From sequence record OL770310: a DNA stretch of 64,000 nt; one strand, written 5' to 3'. Positions 55,983 through 64,000 of this stretch are shown piece after piece. Both the position numbers and the translations under genes were made by a program. The notes below the pieces were generated by a model. That model was not told the DNA's origin. It ran no database searches and worked only from the letters and a program-made list of their open reading frames with translations. The first letter of the stretch is position 1. Every line of letters begins with the position of its first letter. The DNA is from Escherichia phage PSa2.

Positions 55983-56615
55983 TTATTCTTTAACGTAGCC
56001 TAAAGCTATCGCAAGTTTTTCTAGTTCAGAAAGATTACGTTCTTGAGCTGGGACAGCCTTAGAACTTGTTGCAGTAAAAGATTTGCGCCATTCAGTGTAA
56101 TCGTGGCCATTCATACTCTTAGCGAGGTTGAACGTTGAGTCCTGATTACAAGGTACAGAAACTACCGAAACTTCATATAGTTCTAAATCTTTAATAATAA
56201 ATATGTCAGTAGCTTCATCCCATTCTGCGTCTAGGCAGCGGAATCCGATACTGAAGGTTTTCAGTACACCGTTTTTAATTAGTGAGAAGATAGCCGGATC
56301 AGAACTTTCATAAATCTCGCATTCAATTTCGAGACCCATTTCAGTAGGGTTAAGATCAATACACTTGCCGATTGGACGACGATGGTCGTGGCCGAAAAGA
56401 ATAATCGGGTTTTTCATGTAGTTAGCAAGTGCATTAGACGTTTTCCATGCCGAAGCAGGAATTACGTCACCAGCGCGATCTTTACTAATTGTATTAGCGA
56501 ATCCACGGATTTTTACAACACCCTCTTTGGATTCGCTATCAATAGACTTAATGTAAGCGTCTAAATGAACCGGTGCTGATTTTAACTTGTTATAGTCAAT
56601 AGCAGCATTTGTCAT
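55983..56615 (-). CDS. prohead maturation protease
   Basis: 210 aa ORF between portal/decoration and capsid genes. Confidence 0.6.
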   Translation of the reverse strand: MTNAAIDYNKLKSAPVHLDAYIKSIDSESKEGVVKIRGFANTISKDRAGDVIPASAWKTSNALANYMKNPIILFGHDHRRPIGKCIDLNPTEMGLEIECEIYESSDPAIFSLIKNGVLKTFSIGFRCLDAEWDEATDIFIIKDLELYEVSVVSVPCNQDSTFNLAKSMNGHDYTEWRKSFTATSSKAVPAQERNLSELEKLAIALGYVKE

Positions 56616-56618
56616 TTA

Positions 56619-57101
56619 TTAAGCCTCCGGCGCAGGGTTGATAGTTGTTACGCACTCATTAGAAGTAATGGAAGTAGATTTACTATCCGTTACAACAACT
56701 TTGTAAGTACCAGCATCTTCTGCAGCAGCTGTAGCTTTGTTGAAATTAGAGCCAGTAACACCACTAAGTGGAGAACCGTCTTTAGTCCAAGCATAAGTAT
56801 ATGGTGCAGTACCACCAGTAACTGTTACGCCCAGATTAATTGCTGCACCAGTATCAACAGCTAGAGTTTTAGCCAGATTCTTCGTGAAAGCTATAGCCGG
56901 AACAACCGGAGCAGTAACTTCGTATGCTTCTTTGAACTTATTCCAAACCTTGCGGTTGGTATGTGCAGTGGTCATTCCAAACTCTTTACGTAGAGTAGCA
57001 TAGTTTGGAACGAACTTGTGTGCTGCAACCGTAGCAAAGAAGATATGAGATTCTGGCAGCTTTTCACCAAAAATGGCCTTTAGACCATCATAATCAATCA
57101 T
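56619..57101 (-). CDS. capsid decoration protein with Ig-like domain
   Basis: C-terminal Ig-like segment TVTGGTAPYTYAWTKDGSPLSGV...GTYKVVVTD. Confidence 0.55.
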   Translation of the reverse strand: MIDYDGLKAIFGEKLPESHIFFATVAAHKFVPNYATLRKEFGMTTAHTNRKVWNKFKEAYEVTAPVVPAIAFTKNLAKTLAVDTGAAINLGVTVTGGTAPYTYAWTKDGSPLSGVTGSNFNKATAAAEDAGTYKVVVTDSKSTSITSNECVTTINPAPEA

Positions 57102-58315
57102 TCTTTATCCCCATCGGCAGTGCCTTGCGGTCTACCACCTTCTTGACCAGATACACCTGTTGCAGAACCAGCAACGTTAGCAGGAATACGAATCTTATTC
57201 ATCTGCTCATCATCTAAAGGTTCAAGGTTAAGCTCTTCACGAGCCTCGTTACCAGTCATGATACCGTTATTAACCAAAGAGGTTAAATGTTTAGCCTCAG
57301 CTTCTTTATCTGGCGTCAGTGCAGCTACTTCCTTAGTATTAGGAGTAACCTTGTAGCCAAAGAAGAAAGTAAGAGAACTAGTCAGCTTGTTCAGCATAGG
57401 AATGATAGTCATGTAATAGAACAATTCGATGTTTGGTCGAATGTTAGCATTATTACCACCATCAAGTAACACTTGCGGAACACCAAAGGCAAGACAGATG
57501 GATTTATTAAATCCTTCGATATCTTCCTTGAAGTCTAGATCTTTAAAAGAGGATATTTGGGAGTACGGTTTTGCTTTCATACCACCATCTAGAATCAGGA
57601 CAGTAGACTGACCCGTACTAGGATTATAATCGAGTTGTAATTCTTCTTGTTTACGCTCACGCAATTTCTTGTTCAGGATTTCATCCGTCTCAAGAATAAG
57701 ACCAATCACTGTGCCGTTATCGAGGAACTTCTCTTTAAAGTTAAGCATTTTAGAACGCTTCTCAAGAGAGTCAATAACTGTAGCAACACGAGATTGTCCA
57801 GAAATTTGGGAGTTTGTGCCACACACGTAACTGTTATCCTTTATAAAGATAATCTCATCTACGCGATAGTCTATCTGGTTATTAAATATAAATTTTTTGA
57901 TAAACTTATTGGCATCTGCCTCTACTTGCATTAGTGCAGCAGGGACATGGTAAAGTGCTGTGCCATCCCAATAGATGTATGCACAACCCTCAAAAAGTAG
58001 GTCAGTGACTACAAGTCTACGGAATGTGCTTATATCCATGAATGGATTAGGTCGTACATTTAAGAGAGTGTCTAGAGTCTTTGCCTTGACGCCGTTAGCG
58101 TACGTGACAATATTATATTTATCTCCGACAGTATAAGAACACTCCGCCGCACTATCTATAACCATGTTAGCAGTTCGGTTGAGAATCTCAATCTTACTGT
58201 AGGCTTGTCCAGTGGTAAATGGCTTACGGTTAGTGCGATGACTAACTGGTTCCATGTCTCTTATAATACGTTGACCCGGATTTAGCTTTTCAGTAATCCA
58301 GCTTTTTAAACCCAT
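57098..58315 (-). CDS. portal protein
   Basis: 405 aa ORF between terminase/HNH and protease. Confidence 0.7.
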   Translation of the reverse strand: MGLKSWITEKLNPGQRIIRDMEPVSHRTNRKPFTTGQAYSKIEILNRTANMVIDSAAECSYTVGDKYNIVTYANGVKAKTLDTLLNVRPNPFMDISTFRRLVVTDLLFEGCAYIYWDGTALYHVPAALMQVEADANKFIKKFIFNNQIDYRVDEIIFIKDNSYVCGTNSQISGQSRVATVIDSLEKRSKMLNFKEKFLDNGTVIGLILETDEILNKKLRERKQEELQLDYNPSTGQSTVLILDGGMKAKPYSQISSFKDLDFKEDIEGFNKSICLAFGVPQVLLDGGNNANIRPNIELFYYMTIIPMLNKLTSSLTFFFGYKVTPNTKEVAALTPDKEAEAKHLTSLVNNGIMTGNEAREELNLEPLDDEQMNKIRIPANVAGSATGVSGQEGGRPQGTADGDKE

Positions 58316-58839
58316 TATAAGAACCTTGCGAATCCTGATTTAGTTTCAGTCTTGACTTGTGTCTTTTCTTGAGGATTCTGTAGCTTTTCCTTTTGTTTAA
58401 GAACCCATGCCTTCTGCTTATTAGCAGAGAAAAGGGGAGGTTCTTTAGTGTACACCTTATGTAATAGTTGGTGATGGTGGACACAAAGGGTAACAGTGTC
58501 GTCTACTAGCTCATGCCTATATCTTTCATAGAATGCCGTCCTATTTGAGAGGACTGTTTCTTCGTTAGTGAAATCCAACTGGAGTTCTTTAGCAAATTTT
58601 TTAACTAGTAGAGACACTGTATGGTAATGATGAAGCTCTAATTCTTCACCACAACCACAGATTTCGCAGCGATCGGCTTTTTTATATTGACTTTTTATAC
58701 CGTCTCGCATGAGTGATATAGCATCACGTTTATATTTTACATTTCCTGCCACAGTATTCTCCTCAACTGTATGAATATAGTATACATAATCATGTCGAAT
58801 TTGTAAAGGGGATTTTAAAATGCAGGAATGGGATACCAA
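58315..58839 (-). CDS. HNH endonuclease-like protein
   Basis: CEICGCGEELELHHYH...N...LCVHHHQLLH: Cys/His pattern of the HNH motif. Confidence 0.6.
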   Translation of the reverse strand: MVSHSCILKSPLQIRHDYVYYIHTVEENTVAGNVKYKRDAISLMRDGIKSQYKKADRCEICGCGEELELHHYHTVSLLVKKFAKELQLDFTNEETVLSNRTAFYERYRHELVDDTVTLCVHHHQLLHKVYTKEPPLFSANKQKAWVLKQKEKLQNPQEKTQVKTETKSGFARFL

Positions 58840-58866
58840 CTGAGTAGTATCCCATCCTATACTTAT

Positions 58867-60183
58867 TTATTTCCCACGGGAAATTGAGTAAATTCCATAA
58901 CGCAGTGCGTCACAAAGGTGAGAGTTCGCATCATGACGTGGTTTTTCACGTGATAATTTCTCTTCGCCTTCCTGGAAGTCCCACTTGTAGTTCGCTAGGG
59001 CGTGGATCAATGAGGTACATGAAGCATCTACGATGATCTTGCCTTGCTGGAACAGTGCTTGCAGACATGCCAAACCATCTAGGACAGATTTCTTAGCAGG
59101 TGCAGAAGCGATTTCATGTTCATATGCTAAGTCCTGACGGAACTGAGCAGCAGCGGAGTCTACAAATATACGATCAACATTATAACGATCTATGCAGTGT
59201 TGGATATAAGCAGCGTGTTGAGCTGTAGTCTTTTCAGCTTGCTGATATTCTTCCAGTACGTAATAAACATCTTCATCGTAGTGATACTTAATAGTAAGAA
59301 CTGCTGTAGGATCACGATAACCAACGTCGATACCAAGTAATGTTTCGAATGCCTCATCATCTTTAAAGAAGTGACGCATACCTTTAAGGTCTTTAACATG
59401 CTCGATAGCATTGAAGGTATCAAAGATCTGACCTTCGAATACAGAGAAGTCAGCCTCATATTCTTGACGGAAGTAGTTTTTACTAACAGTACGACGAGCT
59501 TCCTCGATATCGTTTAGGTCAGCACGTGGGTTATCACGATACGTACCATGAATAGATACCCAGTTAGGTAACGTTTCATTAAATCCTTTTTCGTAGAACT
59601 CTTTGAACCAGTTACCACCACGAGGTGTAGAAATAAATAGAGCTTTAGAGTTTGGTTTATCTAGGGTAGGACGTAACTGAATATCGAAAGCTGCACCACC
59701 AACATCGGAAATAGCTGCTTCGTCAAAAATGATGAAGTCATAGGAACGACCAACCGCGGAGTCAGCCTGGGCCGCAGAAGCTAGTTTAAAGAGAGAACCA
59801 TTTGCTAGTTCAATCTCTTTATCTTTTGCGTTCTCACGTTCAGTCTGTAATCCATACTTCTTAATAAGACCACGAATCTGTGACCAACCTATGTTAGCCA
59901 GTGAGTAGTTAGGTGCAACTACTAGCACCTTCACATTGGGTTCCAGAAGTTTTAAGAACCCAAGAGTATATGCGATGAACGACTTACCTACACGACGTGA
60001 TACACATGCGGTCACGAAACGGTGTCTTGGGTCTTCCAATGCATTAATAATTGCAATTTGAGGGGCATTAGGTGTAATTCCCTCTTGTGCTAGGATGCTA
60101 GAGACTGGTAGACGAAAGAATCGTTTGTCAATACCAAAGTCAATAACATCTGTGGTGTTAATATAGTCTCTAGAGACTTTCAT
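58867..60183 (-). CDS. terminase large subunit
   Basis: ATPase Walker A-like ACVSRRVGKS and Walker B DFIIFDEAA; C-terminal nuclease-size region; 438 aa. Confidence 0.85.
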   Translation of the reverse strand: MKVSRDYINTTDVIDFGIDKRFFRLPVSSILAQEGITPNAPQIAIINALEDPRHRFVTACVSRRVGKSFIAYTLGFLKLLEPNVKVLVVAPNYSLANIGWSQIRGLIKKYGLQTERENAKDKEIELANGSLFKLASAAQADSAVGRSYDFIIFDEAAISDVGGAAFDIQLRPTLDKPNSKALFISTPRGGNWFKEFYEKGFNETLPNWVSIHGTYRDNPRADLNDIEEARRTVSKNYFRQEYEADFSVFEGQIFDTFNAIEHVKDLKGMRHFFKDDEAFETLLGIDVGYRDPTAVLTIKYHYDEDVYYVLEEYQQAEKTTAQHAAYIQHCIDRYNVDRIFVDSAAAQFRQDLAYEHEIASAPAKKSVLDGLACLQALFQQGKIIVDASCTSLIHALANYKWDFQEGEEKLSREKPRHDANSHLCDALRYGIYSISRGK

Positions 60184-60665
60184 TATCTCTTACCTCCTCC
60201 TGCTAGAGCAGTAATAAGATTCATATAGTTTTCGTCACCACTTCCAGCAATAATATTATTCTGAATGTTAGTCTGGTTAGCCGGAGTACGGGCTGCTGCC
60301 TTCACTTTCTCCAGTTCTACCATCATTTTCATTTCTTCCATTTTCATCTTGTGCGCCTTCCAGAGAATATCCATGATATCCTGGTCAGAGCCCATGCCAG
60401 TTTCTTCGAGTTCTTCCAACTTGCGCTTGATAACTTCATCAAGAACCCCAAACAAACGGTCGCGATTACGGAAGCCACTTTCCATAAAGATATCGTTAAG
60501 ATAGTTTTTAACTTCCCCACGATTCATTATATCACGAAATGCAATCTCGGACATCCCAAGACTACGAGCAGCGGCAGGAACATCACTACCACACTGTAAA
60601 TAGGCTTCAATAACATCCATGCCTTCGGGAGACATGAGATCAGGAACTAATACATCATTTGCCAT
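60183..60665 (-). CDS. putative terminase small subunit / DNA-binding protein
   Basis: 160 aa with HTH-like [17 protein letters not shown]; ATGA-coupled to the large subunit. Confidence 0.5.
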   Translation of the reverse strand: MANDVLVPDLMSPEGMDVIEAYLQCGSDVPAAARSLGMSEIAFRDIMNRGEVKNYLNDIFMESGFRNRDRLFGVLDEVIKRKLEELEETGMGSDQDIMDILWKAHKMKMEEMKMMVELEKVKAAARTPANQTNIQNNIIAGSGDENYMNLITALAGGGKR

Positions 60666-60675
60666 ATATCCTCCT

Positions 60676-62457
60676 TTAGGTTAGGCGTTGAACTGTTACA
60701 CGTAGTCTTGGTAAGAAGATAGCAGCTGCTTCGGCAGCATGGATAATAACGCCTAACTCAACGTTACCATTACCAAGGTTTTTTACTGTATAAATATACC
60801 CATTTCTACGAAAAGCCATCTCATCAGGTCTACTAGCCCACGTTTGGGTATAGCTATATGAAGTTGTACTGTGATATGGTACTAGATAGCCAGGTGGCAG
60901 AGTAAGAATCTGATGAAATACACCATCACCAGCTGTATAACTTTGTTGACGTCTACCTTGTACCTGCCAAGCACTACCCCCATAAGTACGCACAGGCATT
61001 CCAGCAGTATTAAGATTACCCATAATAACTTCAGTAGTTAATATAACAGTAGAGTGAGCATTTGGTAATCCCAACCAAACTGTGGCCAAAGGTGTGTAGA
61101 AGTCACCAGCACCAGGGTAGGATGGAGTTATATCATCCCCAACATAAGTACTCGCAACGTTGCCTGGGAATAATCTAAGTGGTACGGTACTAGGACTCCA
61201 TACAGGGCCATGCTCATTACCTATAGAGTTGGTATTAGTATCTACATACCACTGTTTACCAACACCAAATTTATAAAGGCTAATTTGAGAAGCAGCACCC
61301 CCATAGTTAACAGGAGACCACAAACCCCCATTACTAGAGCCGATAAATTCACATCGTGCAGTATTATCACCAAAAACTCCGGTATACGCGGTATTATTAC
61401 CAACATACTCCATATCAGGGCGATAACCTAAGTTTCCAAAAGCATTCTGGTTAATAAATTTATAGCCTGAGTTGGGTAAGCTAACACCTTTAATAGTAAA
61501 GTTAGATGGAGATATCAGGATATCTGAACCAGTAAATGGATTACCAGAAATCCCCATACTACCATTAGAATAGCGTAGATTTAGCACATACCAAATAACT
61601 TTAGTAGGTGTAACATTATACCAGTCTTGCACATATACCTTTCTAGCTGACTGAGCAGCCATATTAGAAGTAGAACCTCTACAAACATATATTTTTTCTG
61701 GATATGCAGGAGATTGGTAAAGAACGTTTACGTTATCTGGTAGTACACCTTTTTTACCGGCAAAGCCACGAATATTGGAACTACAAACGTAAAACCAATC
61801 ATGACCTCTACCAGCAGACCCGATAGGCGCTTGCCAGTTAGGCTCCCAATAGTCTGCATTACCACCATCTATAGGAACTGTAGATACACCCGTTGGAAAG
61901 CCCATTAATCTCCAGGCTCTGGAAATAGCTTCACCAGCAGAAACACCACCAGGTCTAAAGATCTGGAAACCGGAAGATTGTAGCAAAGTACCGCCAGTTC
62001 CTTGTCTAGCAATAGATTCCTCATGACCTAGGCTACCATTATAAATATAGGTACCATGAGCTAAACTATCCCCGATTGCAAAGGCAGATGTTATTGCCAA
62101 TTCAGCACCCGCACGTGGTTGGTCTTCAAAGAATGTTAAAAACTGGCCAACCTGAGATTGTGTACCATTAAGGAAACCCCTATGAGTACCATTTATCTCA
62201 ATAGCAGTTAATATAACTCTACCAGGATCATTGGATTTAATGTTTATAATATCCCAAGGCATCTGAGTAACAAAGTACCCATTACCTGCATCACCTAGGG
62301 CAGCCTCATAAGTCCCATCAACTAGGACGAAGGGCATATCTGAGTGGAAGATACTATTAGTATTTGGAGAGTAGTGCTGATTTATATCACCACCATTAGC
62401 AGCGTTTAGAGATAATACAGTTTTACCATCACTAAATTTTCCTGCGAAAAAACTCAT
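60676..62457 (-). CDS. receptor-binding protein (pb5-like), receptor unknown
   Basis: 593 aa Gly/Asn/Tyr-rich protein heading the late operon, divergent from a lipoprotein gene as for oad/llp in T5-like phages (recalled). Confidence 0.55.
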   Translation of the reverse strand: MSFFAGKFSDGKTVLSLNAANGGDINQHYSPNTNSIFHSDMPFVLVDGTYEAALGDAGNGYFVTQMPWDIINIKSNDPGRVILTAIEINGTHRGFLNGTQSQVGQFLTFFEDQPRAGAELAITSAFAIGDSLAHGTYIYNGSLGHEESIARQGTGGTLLQSSGFQIFRPGGVSAGEAISRAWRLMGFPTGVSTVPIDGGNADYWEPNWQAPIGSAGRGHDWFYVCSSNIRGFAGKKGVLPDNVNVLYQSPAYPEKIYVCRGSTSNMAAQSARKVYVQDWYNVTPTKVIWYVLNLRYSNGSMGISGNPFTGSDILISPSNFTIKGVSLPNSGYKFINQNAFGNLGYRPDMEYVGNNTAYTGVFGDNTARCEFIGSSNGGLWSPVNYGGAASQISLYKFGVGKQWYVDTNTNSIGNEHGPVWSPSTVPLRLFPGNVASTYVGDDITPSYPGAGDFYTPLATVWLGLPNAHSTVILTTEVIMGNLNTAGMPVRTYGGSAWQVQGRRQQSYTAGDGVFHQILTLPPGYLVPYHSTTSYSYTQTWASRPDEMAFRRNGYIYTVKNLGNGNVELGVIIHAAEAAAIFLPRLRVTVQRLT

Positions 62458-62482
62458 ACAATCTCCTTCTTTAAAAATGTAT

Positions 62483-62511
62483 TTGCTTAGATCCCTCTAT
62501 TTTGCTATAAT
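62483..62511 (+). promoter_or_regulatory. early promoter module for lipoprotein gene (TTGCTT-N17-TATAAT)
   Basis: -35 62483..62488, -10 62506..62511, leader ATATTTATAAATTAAACAGAGGAAC, ATG 62541. Confidence 0.65.
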
Positions 62512-62540
62512 ATATTTATAAATTAAACAGAGGAACAATT

Positions 62541-62807
62541 ATGAAAAAGTTACTAGCCATCGTAGTTGCAGCAGTAGTGTTGACGGGTTGTGTACCGGCT
62601 CCCGAGCCATTCTGTAAGGCATACGTGAAGTCTTATGGTCATGTTGGTGAAGAACACTATGCTTTAGATATTCGAGAAGCACGTACTGTAGGCTACCGAT
62701 TCCCTAAAACTCAGTTACGCACTAAGTTTGGGTGGTGGGATTTGTCACAGTTTGATCTCAAATATGGCGATTGCAAATTTAAACTAGAACAATCTGGTCA
62801 CTTGTAA
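62541..62807 (+). CDS. llp: lipoprotein, Llp-like (candidate receptor-blocking superinfection-exclusion protein)
   Basis: Signal peptide with lipobox MKKLLAIVVAAVVLTGC; divergent from the RBP gene. Confidence 0.6.
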   Translation: MKKLLAIVVAAVVLTGCVPAPEPFCKAYVKSYGHVGEEHYALDIREARTVGYRFPKTQLRTKFGWWDLSQFDLKYGDCKFKLEQSGHL

Positions 62808-62881
62808 TTAGTATAAAGTAAAAAGATCTCGAAGTAAACAAAAATTTTTATTTCTGGGATGAGGTACAGGTAGCAAACACA

Positions 62882-63196
62882 ATGCAAGATGTAGAAAAGT
62901 CCTTTCAGGAACCTGTTAACTTTGAAATAGATCCCAGAACTAAAGCAATACATAATGCGATTAACGAAATCATTCAAGACGTCATAGAAGATACAATAGA
63001 ATACGTGATGGGAACATCCTTCTTACTAGAAGAGTCCGGCTTCGATGAAGTAATGGATCTTATCGGGACAGTCATAATGGTTCGTGCAATTGCTAGGATA
63101 TTCCAAATACCAGGACTACAGGAGAAGCAAAGAGATGTCAGACGACAACAGAAGAAAGAACAGACGCGGGGAAGTGTACGAAAGTTGGATAAATAG
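62882..63196 (+). CDS. hypothetical protein
   Basis: 104 aa ORF; partly overlapped in another frame by ORF 63084..63269. Confidence 0.35.
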   Translation: MQDVEKSFQEPVNFEIDPRTKAIHNAINEIIQDVIEDTIEYVMGTSFLLEESGFDEVMDLIGTVIMVRAIARIFQIPGLQEKQRDVRRQQKKEQTRGSVRKLDK

Positions 63197-63269
63197 TTTC
63201 GGATTCGGAACTGTATTATTCTTTATCTTTGTACTCTTTTGGTTAGCAGCTATGGCGGGGTGGTTATAA
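63084..63269 (+). CDS. small membrane protein (alternative start 63135)
   Basis: C-terminal TM helix FGTVLFFIFVLFWLAAMAGWL. Confidence 0.3.
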   Translation: MQLLGYSKYQDYRRSKEMSDDNRRKNRRGEVYESWINSFGFGTVLFFIFVLFWLAAMAGWL

Positions 63270-63372
63270 TGGAAGTAGTAATTATTGCTTTACTAGTTGT
63301 GGTAATTATCGGGCAGTGCATTTTAGATAACCACCTAGCTCGTATCGAACGTAAGCTGCTGGGAGATAAATA

Positions 63373-63567
63373 ATGGATTGGTTAGGACTTATTACACTTG
63401 TAGTATGGATTGTCTGGATTGTTGGATACATGACGTCACATCGTAATCGTATACAGAAGCTAGAGGATAAAGTCACCCAACTAAACATTAATATGGATAA
63501 GTTACTGGACTCCCAACGTAATGATCGGGCACGTATTCACCAACTTGAGAGGGAATTAGATGTTTAG
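63373..63567 (+). CDS. small single-pass membrane protein
   Basis: N-terminal TM LGLITLVVWIVWIVGYM then coiled-coil-like charged tail. Confidence 0.45.
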   Translation: MDWLGLITLVVWIVWIVGYMTSHRNRIQKLEDKVTQLNINMDKLLDSQRNDRARIHQLERELDV

Positions 63568-63805
63568 CTTTGTAGCTATCTTCATTATCGGAGTGCTTGC
63601 TGGGATCTTCGGAACACTCGGGGCGATTAATAAGCATCGTGAATATATTGCGGGAGTATCGCGGGAGCTTTCGGAAAGGGAGCGGAAGTTTGCGGAGAAA
63701 CGTGCGGAGTTTGAGCGAGAGTGGTCGGAGGGATCTCGGGCGTCGCGGCGGAGATTTCGTATGTCAGAATCGGGAGATAAGCCAGTAGATAGGAGAAGTT
63801 CATGA
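63560..63805 (+). CDS. small single-pass membrane protein with Arg/Glu-rich tail
   Basis: TM FSFVAIFIIGVLAGIFGTLGAI then ERERKFAEKRAEFEREW..RRRF, encoded by a purine/GC-rich GCGGAG-like repeat. Confidence 0.45.
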   Translation: MFSFVAIFIIGVLAGIFGTLGAINKHREYIAGVSRELSERERKFAEKRAEFEREWSEGSRASRRRFRMSESGDKPVDRRSS

Positions 63806-64000
63806 TATTTAAGAAAATCCCTGATGAAATAGCTGGTAGTTTTTCATATGATCCAGATACGGGGCGATTCCTGCCTATTATAGGGTATACTAAGGAAAGT
63901 GAAGGTTATCTCATATATCGTCACCCACAGTTCGGAGAGTTTAGAGTGCATCGCCTAGCTTGGTGGTGCATCTACGGAGAAGATCCCGGAGAATCTCTCC
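63802..64000 (+). CDS. HNH-family homing-endonuclease-like protein, partial (runs off right edge)
   Basis: Manual translation MIFKKIPDEIAGSFSYDPDTGRFLPIIGYTKESEGYLIYRH...FRVHRLAWWCIYGEDPG resembles the HNH_3 N-terminal pattern (GYL..., VHRL...). Confidence 0.45.
   Translation, partial: MIFKKIPDEIAGSFSYDPDTGRFLPIIGYTKESEGYLIYRHPQFGEFRVHRLAWWCIYGEDPGESL

Noticed and set aside
1-64000. tRNA or rRNA genes
   Set aside because: No region shows the conserved tRNA features (GTTC-loop with acceptor-stem complementarity) or rRNA-like sequence. The ORF-free regions at 14808..15423 and 36556..36792 were inspected and do not fold as tRNAs by eye.

Overview
The window reads as a contiguous block of a T5-like (Demerecviridae-type) siphovirus genome; this identification rests on gene content and order recalled from memory, not on a database search. 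Layout: (i) 1..9364, minus strand, nucleotide-metabolism genes (RNase H, HslV-like Ntn hydrolase, thymidylate synthase, DHFR, aerobic RNR NrdA/NrdB, PhoH); (ii) 9708..36513, plus strand, early genes: anaerobic RNR NrdD, an accessory island of small ORFs containing a frameshift-interrupted Sir2-like gene, a HAD phosphatase and a tandem pair of acidic paralogues, then the replication/recombination module (origin-binding-type SF2 helicase, split NAD-dependent ligase, DnaB-like helicase, primase, family A DNA polymerase, second SF2 helicase, SbcD/SbcC-like nuclease, flap endonuclease, dUTPase); (iii) 36793..62457, minus strand, the late structural/packaging module (side tail fibre with C-terminal chaperone, baseplate/hub proteins, tape measure, tail tube, major capsid, protease, decoration, portal, HNH, terminase, receptor-binding protein); (iv) 62541..64000, plus strand, a divergent lipoprotein (Llp-like), small membrane proteins and a partial HNH endonuclease. 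Plus-strand early genes are preceded by a recurring strong sigma70-type promoter/leader module (TTGCTT-N17-TATAAT followed by ATTTATAAATTGA-GAGAG). No rRNA, tRNA or CRISPR arrays were found. Most worth a second look: the interrupted Sir2-like gene inside the accessory island, the acidic paralogue pair, a ~600 bp ORF-free region downstream of a strong promoter next to the origin-binding-type helicase, promoter modules with no ORF behind them, a family of HTH-repeat proteins with host-like codon usage, and the RBP/lipoprotein divergent pair.
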